In this document: positions 51,501 to 63,800 of the stretch, piece by piece
Numbering within the stretch: position 1 is the first letter of the stretch
Layout: every line of letters begins with the position of its first letter
DNA from: Azolla caroliniana
Taxonomy: Eukaryota > Plantae > Polypodiophyta
NCBI GenBank assembly: GCA_043228905.1
Contig: JBHGNT010000011.1
Coordinates: forward strand, 3,286,001-3,350,000
Length of the DNA stretch: 64,000 nt
Direction: 5' to 3'
Position numbers and translations under genes: made by a program
The notes under the pieces: model-generated
What the model saw: the letters and a program-made list of their open reading frames with translations, nothing else
The model's database searches: none
Told to the model about the DNA's origin: nothing

Positions 51501-54052
51501 TTGATGCCAATGACACATGGGACCTAGTTGGCCCTCCCTGACACTGTAAACAAATCGGATGTAAGTGGGTGTACAACGTAAAGTACAATGCCGACGGTTC
51601 GGTTAACCGGTACAAGGCCCGGTTAGTGGCGAAGGGATACCTACAAACCCACGTAATCGACTATGACGAGACCTTCGCTCCAGTAGCAAAGATGATGACG
51701 GTTCGTGTGGTGCTGGCGGTTGCAGCAGCAAGGGGGTGGCATTTTCACTAGATGGACGTGAAAAATGCATTTCTTCAAAGCAATCTTGAAGAAAAGGTCT
51801 TTATGATCCAACCCCCCGGTTTCCAGTCGGAGATGAACAAGTCGGCGATATGCGGGCTGAAGAAGTCCCTTTATGGCCTGAAGCAAGCCCCCCGAGCTTG
51901 GAATGCGAAGATCACGCACCGGTTGCGTAAGATGGGGTTTGTGGCCTCCAAGTCTGACTCTTCGTTGTTCATCCGGCAAGGTCCAGAAGGTTCGGTTTGC
52001 ATCTTGCTGTATGTTGATGATCTAGTCATCACCAGACTCGGACTCGATGAAATCAGCCAAGTCAAGTCCCAGTTGTTGGATGCATTTGAGATGAAGGACC
52101 TGGGGGACCTTCACTATTTCCTTGGGATCGGGGTGATCCGAACCCCCGACGGCATATTGCTCTCACAAAGACACTATGTGTTGAATATGTTGTACAAGTT
52201 TGGCATGACGGAATGCCGACTGATCTCCACACCCCTAGACCGGAACCAGAAGCTCTGTCCCGACTCCGGACTGGCCTGCGATGAGAAGCGGTTCCGAAAA
52301 ATCGTCGGAAGCCTTATATATTTGACAATCACTCGACCCGACATCAGTTATCCGGTTGGCATGATCAGCCAATATATGCATAAGCCGACAGTGGAGCACC
52401 GTCTGTGCGCGCATCGAATTTTGCGATACGTGGGTGGCACAAAGGACCGGGGACTGTTATACCGGCATGGTATAACCGAAGAGCTAGTCGGCTACACCGA
52501 TGCCGACTGGTTTGGCGATGCATCAGATCGCCGATCCATCTTCGGCTATATGTTTTCCCTTGGTAGCGCGACTATTGCGTGGAGCAGCAAAAAGCAGCCA
52601 ACAATGGCCCTTTCGAGCACTAAGGCTGAATAACGGGGCGCTACCGTTGCCACCTTTGAAGCCATTTGGCTTCGGCGACTGCTGCAAGACCTGCGGATCG
52701 AGGTGCCGACCCCGATCCTAATCTACTGCAACAACATAAGCAACATGTAGCTCGCCAAGAACCCCGTATTCCATGCTCACACAAAGCACATTGAAGTGCA
52801 CTACCATTTCGTGCGTGAGCGTGTCCTGAGCAGTGAAGTCGAACTTCGGTATGTTCAAGTTGCCGACATCTTCAGCAAACCGCTCGGATCGGACAAGTTG
52901 CAACACTTCACTGAAATGCTTGGTGTTCAGTATCTCGACATGCCACACTTGAGGGGGAGAAGGGGCAAAGACACTGGAATGGGCAAAGGCAAAGAAGATG
53001 TTGATTGCGCCGGTGAGGGAAGAACCGACAAAGGGAGAGACAAGAAGAAGAAAGGAGTCGAGTCGACAAAGGAAGTTGACACATCCGAACAAATTGGAAC
53101 AAGCGGCAGCGGCAGCAGAGTCAAGAAGGACATAGCCGACCGGAAGTAGAAGGCCAAGACCCAGACATGGTCCAATGTGGTGAAGGGCCTAGAACCGGAA
53201 GACGAATCGGGAGCGACCGATTCGAACAAGAGCTGGAACGAATCGGAGACAGCCGATTCGGTTCAACAAACGGATTTGGAAGAACTAGATCAATTCAAGG
53301 CCAAGAGGATGAGAAGGTAGCGAAAGTCGACGCCAACACGAAGGAATCGGCGAATCAGCAAGCGTCGAAGTCACAGCAGCGAGGGAGCTGAATTGGGCCT
53401 ATTGAGTAGACAAGCCGACCGAGGAGGTCGAGGTGCGCACAATCAGAAGGGTCGCGGCAACGGGACTGAAGCGGACGAGGAGCGCGAGCGAGGCGGAGCG
53501 ACGCTAGAAGGAGCCGGGTGGAAGGACCAGCTGCCATGGAGATTGACACTACGATCCGACCTCAAGTTGAGCTTGAGGGGGAGTGTTGAGCGACAAGCTC
53601 AACCGGATCTGGATTGGCTGAATAAGCTTGAGCCGGATCGGCATCCGGAAGGATGAACCGAGCCGACGAGCAAGTGAGCTAGGGAGCCGGTTACCCGGAT
53701 CCAATAGTAACCGGAAGCATAGCAACAGCCTAGACTACTAGGTAGTTAATGTCTCGTAATTAGTGTCAGACACTCGTGTGAGCATTGAAGTACACCGTAC
53801 TTCTGTCAGTCCTCTTAGGACTTGTATAAATAGTGTTGTTGAGCACGTTGTATGTACACATAGTATTTTACAGAGTTGATGATAATAGATTTAAGTTGTT
53901 CTGCTCTTGCATTGTCGGGGTAGTTGTGGTTCATACGACGAAGTCACAACAGGGACTAAGGTTAAGGGGAGTTGAAGAAACTTAACTTTTAATAAGGCTT
54001 GTATGGTGATGATAGAATGGTTAAGGATAGTAAGAAGAAGAGTTACGAGTAA

Positions 54053-54092
<40 letters not shown>

Positions 54093-54944
54093 GAGCATAG
54101 ATAAAAGATAGAGACAATGTATGATTCAAGAAAGAAGATTGAGACAAAGTATGATTCTAGAAAGAAGATTGAGACAAAGTATGATTCAAGGAACAAGAGT
54201 ATATGATATAAACATGATGTATATTAAAAATATAATATTTTACCAACTTTACAATCCTTGATCGCAAGATGAATCTTTTCAATACCGACCCTTGATTTGA
54301 ACCCACGACTTCCACTTTTAAACGCAAGTCTCTTCACCGAATACGATATCTTCAATACTTGCTTAAATTCTTTTCTCCCACTTTCTCTTGATCCCCTCTT
54401 ATTTCCTTGCCCCTCTTTATATAATTGTTGCCATGCATATGGTAATGTATGCAAGCATGGCATGCATGCAATGCATGAGTTACATGTAATGCATGATCGC
54501 CATTTGGTGTACATGCATTGCATGTGATGCATGATGGCTATGTATGAAAATAGATATGGGATAAGTATAATGATGAAAATGCATTTTACAATAATTAACC
54601 TAGCTCAGTGGTGCATGCTTTGTGTTTGGTATACAAGGTTGAGAGCTCAAGTCTCTCTATTTTACTCAATACAATATATACCTTCATTCTTATATCATGA
54701 AACACATTTTTTTACAAACTTTTACAAATAAATAGCCTAGCCTAGTGGTATTTACATTGTATTTCGTATATAAGGATGTGGGTTCAAGTCTCTCAAATAT
54801 TATTAAATACAATATTTAAGCTCATTTTTATATCGTGAAATACATTCTTCACGACAGCGTACCTTCTGTGTGTTAATCTCTCTCTCTCCCTGTTGCTATC
54901 CGGCTAAGCCGGTTGTCTAAAGCTTCCGCACCTTCGTTTTTACA
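48588..54944 (+). mobile_element. Element G: Copia of family A lacking its 5' LTR and PBS
   Basis: Gag starts MDRGMARSLPVEKLDRSNY at about 48662; the polyprotein is collinear with A but has many stops. PPT 53572-53583; 3' LTR 53584-54944 (interrupted by a solo LTR). Confidence 0.93.
53913..54856. mobile_element. Solo LTR (944 bp) inside the 3' LTR of G
   Basis: TGTCG...CGACA inverted ends and a 4-bp TSD GCAT/GCGT. Contains (GT)n(GA)n, three 30-bp repeats (about 54105-54195) and three tRNA-like modules. Confidence 0.75.
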
Positions 54945-55181
54945 CACGTAAACCATTCTTCATGGTTCGTCGTGTGGTTGGACGTGCCATAGTCGACATA
55001 CCACACCTCTTCCTGCTTAGAGGTGCTTGGTTGCATGGAGATTGCGTGGTGCTTCATTACAAAGGCTAGATCACTTCCCAAACATCTCTTGTTGGAGATG
55101 AAGTTTGATTTCTGCCGATTTTCCAAATCGGCATGCTTCTTCTAGTAGTCTTCCTCTCAATCGCCCTTCTTGCCGCAATAC

Positions 55182-56688
55182 TAGGAATCGACAACGGTTC
55201 GGTTTAGGCTTAACCAGTTTGGCCTTATCCAAGCAAAACCGGTTAAACCTAAACTGTTTTGGGGTTCTCAAACCTGAACCAAACCAAGCCAAATGTTGGT
55301 CGGTTAGGATGGCCCACGTATGAAAAGGCCAAAGGACGGTTACGTGCCAAATAGAAGATGGGTGGGGCCGAACAAGGAGCAAAGAGGAAAAGCCAAACGG
55401 TGCAAATAATTATTAGTAGTAGCGGTTCACGTTCTAAACGTAACCTCCCATGCTCCCTATAAAAATGGACATGGGAAGGATGTAAAGGGTTAATCGGTTG
55501 TAACATTGTATTAAGTCATGTCTTATAATAGAAATTTGTTTTGCTTATACTCTGTCTCTGTCTCTATGTCAAGAGTTTCATATGTGTCGAGCTTTCTTTA
55601 ATCATTCTGTATATCGTGCACATAACCAGCCGGTTGTAATCAGCTCAGGTTCGAGTATCCACAACCTCAACAGTCACAGTAGCTCAATTCATAACCACGT
55701 AGGTAATTGTACCTACAAGGCAGAGAACTTGCATACACCTCCGTCTCCCTACCACAAGACCTTGAGTCAGATACTGAAAGAACAACTATCCGGCACCATG
55801 TTACTCTAAGCCGGTAACACCAAACCAATCCCTAAACCGGTTTGTGAACTAGTTTGGGGCAAAAAAGCTTTGGAGGTGTGAAGAAACCCAAAAAACACCA
55901 CTACCACTTTCTCCTCTTCTCCTCCTCATAACTCCCACATCCTCAACCCTACCACCGATGAGTACGAATTCAACTCCAAGTCCCACCTCCACGACTCTCT
56001 CTCCGTAGACTACTAAGATTGGTCAGCCGTCATCCACGAATCCCCTACCTTCCACCACCCGAACCATGAGCCCCAAAGCTACATCAACCTCTCACTCTTG
56101 GTGATCTATCCTTCTCCAAATTTGACATGCCCCCACCCCCATCCTCCTCATCTTCCTTTGTAGATTGCTACCGCCCGACCCTCGAGCACCTTCAATAGAG
56201 TGAACTCATGACAAGAGGGTCGATCTAACCCTTTCCTAGACCTCTATATGTCCATTCTCAATTGCTATTTCCCATCCCTCAACCACCTTTAGGTCGAGCT
56301 CGCCGCGTGCTAGGTCCTAGGTCTAACTCGGAGAGAATCGGAGGTCCTCGAATGTATATAACAGCAAGACCGAGGTCCTCGTTTTTGTCCACTATGTAGG
56401 CTCCCTCTCCCTCCCTCTCCCTCCCTCTCTCTCTCTCACGTCTGTGTGGAGACTCGTCGATGGCTTCCTGTCAATCTCTCTCTCAAGTTCTAACATCTAA
56501 CTTCTAACCATCTAATTTCTAACTTTCTAAATCTTAAGTTAAGTGTTAAATCACTTAAACAACTTAACCAATTTGAACCAGTTTAGCAAGGCTCATGCCA
56601 AGCTGAGTTGAGCCGCTAAGCAGCTAAGCTCATTTAAACCATTTTAGCTAAATGGTTTAGGCTTGGGCCGAGCCATTGCCGATCCCTA
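55182..56688. mobile_element. Non-autonomous hAT-like DNA transposon
   Basis: Imperfect 21-bp TIRs TAGGAATCGACAACGGTTCGG / TAGGGATCGGCAATGGCTCGG (reverse complement of right end). 8-bp TSD CGCAATAC/GGCAATAC; subterminal AAACC/GGTT repeats. Splits WYCGK of F. Confidence 0.8.
55294..55819. mobile_element. Solo LTR (526 bp) nested in the hAT element
   Basis: TGTT...AACA ends, perfect TSD CCAAA (55289-55293/55820-55824), CTATAAAA at about 55457. Confidence 0.75.
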
Positions 56689-57996
56689 GGCAATACCAGT
56701 AATTAGTCGACCTACTTTGTCGATCTACACGCCATTTTGGCTCCCCCTTCTCATGGACGGTCCTTGACTGTTATCGTGCCTCTCTTGTGCAACTATAGTC
56801 TTCAACCCTAAACCCTAAACCCATTCTTGCGGGCCACCTGCCTCTCCAACCACGACCACGGGGTTGACCTACCTTTGTGTATAGCATTTGGTTGTCAGAG
56901 GGTGCACTCCTTATTGCCCCTGCGTGGTTTCCTTAGACCAATAGCATGGATTACAAGGAGGGTAGCTTTTCCCTTGTGCAAATGGTCGTCCTAAGCGGCC
57001 CGTATCGTTGCGCTAAACCTCCCAAGCACTTCTGCGCCATATTTTCCTCCTCCAATGTCACATTGATGGAGCCTAATGCATCACAGATCTCCTTGATCTT
57101 GGAGGTGTAGTCACACACCAACATCTCCCTCTACCAAATGTTGTTGACCTCCTGCTTGAGTTGCAACTTTCTGGCCGTGGTGCTTGCGGCAAAAATCTTC
57201 TTCAAATTTTCCCATGCCTCCTTTGGTGTCTTCACATCCTTGATATAGCCAAGCATATGCCAAATTGTAAAGCATCCAACTTGTTGCTTGCCCCCATGCC
57301 GGGAAGTCCTTGTGCATAGGCTCCGATGCTTCTTCATTGGCGCCATCTATGTAACTCTAGTATTCCTATCCGATCAAATACAGGTGCATCTTGTACAACC
57401 AAGATGCATAGTCGTTCCACTCCAACTGCTCTATCAAAAGTGTGCTTCCCATATGTCGATCCATCCCATCGTCGATCAGATACTTTCTCATTCTCTCCTG
57501 AATAGTTGTGTGTTGTTGCTACGTAGTCTTCCTTTTGTAGTGACGACTGATTTGTTGGTGGTGTCTTGACTTTGTGTCACAACAGATGTCACTTGCACAA
57601 GATTAGATTAAACCCTCTCGCTCTAATACCATGTAAAGAGCTCGTTAGCTTCTGTTGTAGAAGCCTTGACTCTTTTGGTTGTGGAGAATAGAATGATATA
57701 TCATAGAGCGAGAAACAAAAAAAAACAGAGCCAGAGATGGGGATGGAAACACAGATGAAGATGACAACACAGAGAGATTCATTATGCACCAAAAGAGAGC
57801 ATAAATTTCACTATCAAAATAGTCGACACTACAAACATGCTTTGTGAGCATCTTATATACAAAGCCCTAGATTCTTCTCATAAAGGTAATGGGCTAACAT
57901 AAGTACATTCGGCTCATTCATGAGCATTTAATTCTAGCTAAACTATATTCTATCTATGACAAAATTAATAAGCTAGTTGAGCTTGGTATCTCAACA

Positions 57997-58575
57997 AAGG
58001 TTAATCAAGAGTGCAAAGAAGGGAGGATTACTTTTAATCCTAGGAATTGAGACAACCCATAAGGGCCAAGTGTGAATTTGCCAGGGGGCCTTAGGTCTTG
58101 CTATAAATATGAAGCCTAGCTACCCTCATTAGTCACATCATTTGACTAGTACATCGAGGCTGTGATTGTGTGGTGAACATACTCTTGTAGCGAGTGCACT
58201 ATTATCATGTATGACACAATGCCATGGCGGTGGTATGGGACAACGATCAAGGTTTGAGTCTGTCTCGATCCATTTGCTCAAGGGTGATCGGGTGGATCGA
58301 CACCCTTCTTTCTATCTCTTTGTCTTATCTACCTATCTTATATTTCCTTATTTCATGCTTACATTAGGATTAAGCTCTAAGTTATGGTATCCATGCCTTT
58401 TTTCTAATGTTTCTTTTGTTGTGATTTGTTTTGGATAACGATTGATTGATGTTCATTCGAGCTTGATCGAGAAAATCATCAACAAAGGAACTTCAATACT
58501 TCCTTTCTTTTTTCCCTATTCTTTCTTCTCCCATTCTAATCACGTTTAAGTCGATATGTAATAATTTCAATCATT
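57997..58575 (+). mobile_element. Diverged fragment of an E-family element (partial LTR, PBS, start of 5' UTR)
   Basis: Collinear with about 26545-27125; PBS-like TGGTATCCATGCC at about 58385. Confidence 0.85.
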
Positions 58576-58579
58576 CAAT

Positions 58580-58749
58580 TATGAATGGAAAAGCACACTA
58601 TTCTCACGCTTGAAGAACGTCAATCAACAACTGACACAAAAATGGTGGAATATTATCAAATTAGAGTATTTAATCAGAAGAGAATCCTAGTCGACAACCA
58701 AACCAACTTCCTCATCAAATACTAATTAGAAATAATAATAAATTTAACA
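58580..58749 (-). pseudogene. Paralogous copy of the 5' end of SCPL intron 1
   Basis: Aligns by eye along about 170 bp with 12890-13060 (e.g. AAAATGGTGGAATATTATCAAATT, TATTTAATCAGAAGAGAATCCTAG, ACCAAACCAACTTCCTCATCAAA). Confidence 0.75.
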
Positions 58750-58858
58750 TGGTTGAGAATCAAACTCAACTTCCCTTGTGTGGGAACACACTCTAAGACG
58801 CTCAAGTGTGTGAATATCCCACCTCCTTGTATAGTAACTAGTGTGTCATAGAAGTTAA
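58750..58858 (+). mobile_element. 5' fragment of an LTR of the 19325 solo-LTR family
   Basis: GTTGAGAATCAA.CTCAAC...TTGTGTG.GAACACAC...GTGTCATAGAA is shared with 19325-19440. Confidence 0.75.
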
Positions 58859-60482
58859 TGTTGGGAGATCTGATCCCCCCGGATGGGAGGACCACAACTC
58901 GGAGGGAAGAATAAGCCGAATTGGTCGACAACATCTCGGTCGAGGACGAAAAATCGAATAATATTCGATTTGGCTAATAACCGAATTGACCAAAGCCGAC
59001 CCGAGCCTATATTTATAAATAGTCATATATGTATAAATATATCTAGGGCAAGTAGTTAGCTATGATGATCATTATTGTTGTAAAAGGATATAGTGTGTAG
59101 TTGCCTCTCTAACTAGAGAGAAGAGAGAGAGTGTGTGAGAGAGAGTTGAAGCTTTGTAACCGTTTGTAGAATCTCTTAGAGTCTCTTATTGTATTCCTCT
59201 CGATATAGTGATTCTATTCAGAGTTAGTGGGCTCCCGTGGTTTTCCCCATTTCAGATTTTCCACGTTAATATCTTGTGCCTCTGTGTTACCTGCATCATT
59301 TTCTATAATTTCAGTATTTTTGTCTTTCTCGTTTGCGCTTGATAATTAGTTGTGGCCGATCTCATATTCAACAAAGTGGTATCAGAGCGAAGGTTTCTAA
59401 TGTGCATCAGGATAAATGTAGAGAAAGGTAAAAAAACATGGTATGTTGATTGAGGAAGAGTTTGTATGGGCTGAAGCAAGCACCCCGGCAATGGTACCTA
59501 AAGTTCAAATCCTTCATGGTGGATCACGGTTTCAACAAGACACAAGCCAATCACAGTGTCTTTGTCAAGAAATATGATGGAGGAGAATTTCTCATCCTTT
59601 TGTTGTATGTTGATGACATGCTAATTGTAGGACAAGACCTGGAGAAAATTGGAAGCTTGAAAAGGGCTTTCAGAAAATCTTTTGCTATGAAGGATATGGG
59701 TTTAGCAAAGCAGATTCTAAGTATGCACATTGTCCGGGATCAGACAAAGAAGTTGTTATAGTTATCACAAGAAAAATACGCAATGAAGGTGATCCAGAGA
59801 TTCAACATGCACGACGAGACGCCGGTCAGCTCTACACTGGCGACAAACTGCAAGTTGAGTAGAGGCCAATGTCCGAAATCAGAGAAGAGAAAGCTGAGAT
59901 GAAAAAAATATCGTATGCCTCATCAGTCGGAAGCCTGATGTATGCAATGGTTTGCACCAGACCAAACATCACATATGTTGTCAGAGTTGTCAACCCTTCG
60001 GTACCTAAAAGATACCTCTACTGTGTGTCTCTGATTCGTCTCAAGAAACCCCATATTGGAAGGTTTCACGGATTCCAACATGTCAACTGATGCAGATACT
60101 AGTCGAGCAACATCCGGATATGTGACGATGTTTGCAAGGGATTCGTTTCGTGGTAGTCGAGGCTGCAAAAGGTTGTAACTCTATCGAACATTAAAGCCTA
60201 ATACATGGCCCCCATCGAAGCCGGCAAGGAAGTCATATGGATGAAGGATTTTATTGGAGACCTAGGAATTCAACAAGAAGAATTCTGACTCTACTATGAC
60301 AATCAAAGAGCCATTCACCTTGAAAAGAATGTCGCCTACCATCCAGGACTAAGCATATCCAGAGGAGATACCATTGTCTTAGGGAGAGGGTAAAAAGGAT
60401 TTTTCTCTACTGAAGATCCACACAAAGGAAAACAGATCAGATATGCTCACAAAGGTGTTGTCGGCTGAAAAGTTGAACGCGT
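58859..60482 (+). mobile_element. Internally deleted Tork-like Copia (LTR, PBS, RT/RNase H only)
   Basis: LTR 58859-59373, perfect PBS TGGTATCAGAGC 59377-59388, then RKSLYGLKQAPRQWY...LLLYVDDML from about 59450. The LTR shares motifs with 18961-20125. Confidence 0.88.
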
Positions 60483-60835
60483 TGTCGTGGGGAATTCCAA
60501 CTGCTAAGGGAAAACTCGTCGAATTGCACGTGAATGAGGGTGTGCACGGATGCACACGAAATGGTCCTATGTACAAACATGTGTAAATAGCATAGTATTA
60601 GTTGAGTGTTGAGGAATACTAGGTAGAAGGGATTTTATAGGTACTTTAGGGTCACATGAATAGAGGAATAAAGGTGATTGAATGGAGGAGATCGGGGAGA
60701 GAATCGAGGGAGAAAGCAGTTGCCTTAGCTACCTAATGTAACAACTCCTCCCTCTCCTGGAGATATAAAAAGGAGGGAGGAAAGACTGAGGGGGGGATCC
60801 ACGATTTTGGAGGACGAAGTGCTACCAAACCGAGC
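60483..60835 (+). mobile_element. Probable start of another LTR (TGTCGTG terminus), interrupted by element H
   Basis: RNase H homology ends abruptly at TGTCGTG, the same terminus as element I; TATAAAA at about 60765. Confidence 0.5.
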
Positions 60836-63800
60836 TATAAAGAATAGCGTGCGGAAGCTTGTAGACAAACCGGCTCAGCCGGATTACAACAATAAAAAAC
60901 AGAGAATGAAGGTTTAATTGAAGCTTAAGAACAGAGAATACACAGGAGAGACAGAGAGAGAAGAAAGCATAAACTCAATTTAAGATAATAACACTCTATA
61001 CATAGAATGTGCTCAGAGAGCACCTTTATACAAGTCCCTACGGACTGACTGAAGTACTGACATGTACTTCAATGCTCATACGAGCGACTAACACTAACTC
61101 CTAAAAATAGGCTAAATCTGTAGGCCTCTAATGGCCTACTGGTTCCAATCCGATCCTGCTCCTAGTTCCGGATACCATCCGGACACCAATCCAGATCTAG
61201 CTTATTCAGCCGATTCAGATCCGGTTGAGCTTGTTTGATCAACACTCCCCCTCAAACTCAATTTGAGTTTGGATCATGGTGTTAGTGTCTGTGGTGGCCG
61301 GTCCTCTCCTTCGGCTCCCCCTAGTGTCTTCCCACCTTGCTCGCGCTCCTTGACCCGTCTAGTTCCGCTTTCCACGACCCGCCTGGTCCCGTGCACCTCG
61401 ATCTTCTCGGTCGGCTTGTCTACTCTAAAGGCCCATTTCAGCTCCTTTGTTGTTACAACTCTGGCGTGTCTCGACCTGTCAGTTCCTCCGTGTCCGTGTC
61501 GACTTTCGCTACCTCCTTGTCCATTTGGCCTTCAGTTGATACGGCTCCTCCGAATCAAGCACCACTTCTGAATCGGGTAACTCCGAGTCGTTCCATCTCT
61601 TGTTCGAATTGGTCGTCTCCAATTCGTCCTCAATCTTCATGCCCTTTACCACATCGGACCACATTTGGGTCTTGGCCTTCCTAGCTTTGTCTCCCCCTTT
61701 CTCAGTTGGCTTCGGCTCGGGCTCTCCATTCCGGTGGTTTCCCCTATGTCTGGTCTCAGCTTCTTCAGCCATCTCGTGCACTCTGACTTCTTCAGTCAGG
61801 CCGAAATCGAAATCGGTTTTCGACTCAGCCTTTTGGTTGTCTTCCTCATTCCTCCTTCCAATCCTACCCCTAAAGTTCGGCATATCAAGGTACTGCACAC
61901 CCAGCGCACCAGAAAATAACCGCAACTTGTCTAAGCCGTGGGGTTTGGTGAAAATATCGGCCACTTGTCGATCCGTCGGAACATGCATCAGTTCCACTTC
62001 ACCAGAAAAAATGATAATGCACCTCGATGTGCTTAGTCTAGGCGTGAAAGACGGGGTTGTCGCAATAGATCGTCGTCGGATCAGACACCTCCACTCGCAA
62101 ATTCTTCAAGAGCCTTTTTAGCCATATGGCTTCATCTGTTGTGACAACTGCTCCTCGGTGCTCGACAGTGCTATTGTCGGTTGCTTCTTATTGCTCCATG
62201 CGACCCCGGTGCTTCCAAATGAAAACACATATCCGGATGTAGACCTGCAGGCATCGGTATTTCCGTCCCAATTGGCATCCGTAAAGCCGACAAGTTGTTC
62301 GGCTACACCGGCCTAATATAGCAACCCTCGGTCCATAGTGTCGCTGACATATCGCAGGATTCAGTGAGCGCACTAAAGGTGCTCCACGATTCAATGCGCA
62401 ATAAATTGATTGATCAATCCGACCGGATAACTGAGGTCCGACCGGGTGATGGTCAGATAGATAAGGCTTCTGACTATCTGTCATAACCTTTTCGAGTCGC
62501 ATGCCGGTCCGGAATCGGGGGGAAGCTTCACATTCTGGTCTAGAGGAGTCAAGACGGATTTGCATTCCTTCATACCAAATTTGAAGAGCATACTCAACAC
62601 ATAGTGGCGTTGACTGATTAGTATGCCTTCGGGGGTTTAGGGTTTAGGTCTCCTAGATCCTTCATTTCAAATGATGTCGCGAGCTGGGATTTGACGTGGC
62701 TGATTTCGTCTAGGTCGGCATCGGCGATGACTAAATCATCAACATAAAGTAAAATACTAACCGGCATCCTCCAACCTTGCCAGATGAAAACTGAAGAGTC
62801 CGATTTCGATGGAGCAAACCCCTCCGACGTAGTCTCTGCGTGATCTTGGCGTTCCATGCGCGCGGGGCTTGCTTGAGTCCATAGAGGGACTTCTTCAATC
62901 GGCATACAACCGATGTGTTCACTCCAGACTCAAATACGGGGGGTTGAACCATAAATACATGTTCCTCAACATCACCTTGCAGGAACATGTTCTTTACATC
63001 CATCTGATGTAGATGCCACCCCTTCGCCACTGCCACCGCAAGCAAGACACGGACGATCGTCATCTTTGTGACCGGCGCGTACATCTCATCGTAGTCGATG
63101 CCGTGTTGCTCCGTGTAGCCCTTCGTCACTAACCGGGCCTTGTACCGTTTGACGGAGCCGTCGGTGTTGTATTTAACCTTGTATACCCACCAGCAACCGA
63201 TTGACTTCCTCCTATCGGTACATTTTCATAGGGTTTTTCTGGCGGGTGGATCGACGCAATTCCTGATTCACTGATTTCGTAGCCCTCTTGGCCAACGTGG
63301 ACTTCTCTTCCAAAGATCCGTCACTATTTTTTCTGTAGTCGGATTCGCTCCGATCTGACTCGTCTATGCCGATGGCGTATTCCAGCATCTTCTTCTTCCC
63401 CTTCTCTTTGCACAGGGAGAGCACGGCCGAGTCGTCACTACTCGTCGGCTCGTCATCCAGTTGACCACTCCAACTTAATCAGTCCAGATTCGGTCCACTC
63501 ATCCGGAGAGAAGTCTGACTATCTGATTGTTTGGATTCCACGACACTTCTCTCTATTCCAAATTCCATCGGATCATCTACAATAATCGGCTCGGGTTCGG
63601 GCGGAGAGAAGTACCAAGATGCCGATTCATCAAAAAACACATCTTGGCTAACTCGGACCTCTTTCGATCGGGGGTTATAACACTTATAACCCTTCTATTC
63701 ATCCGAGTGGCCAACGAGAATGCACTTTTCGGCTTTCGCGTCTAACTTCCTCCATTTTTTCTTCGATACATGCACATATTGAATGCTACCGAACGCTCGA

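Larger units (their letters stand above)
48386..57996 (-). mobile_element. Element F: truncated Copia (relative of A), host of G and of a hAT insertion
   Basis: 5' LTR 57632-57996 with PBS TGGTATTAGAGC. Gag 56.7-57.45 kb, knuckle/protease 54945-55181, continuation (LEQPELVETGDD...NVLHV) at 48386-48580. Confidence 0.85.

Noticed and set aside
57620-57631. PBS variant TGGTATTAGAGC in A and F as a novel primer
   Set aside because: One C>T from the iMet PBS; still pairs by G:U and fits methylation decay.
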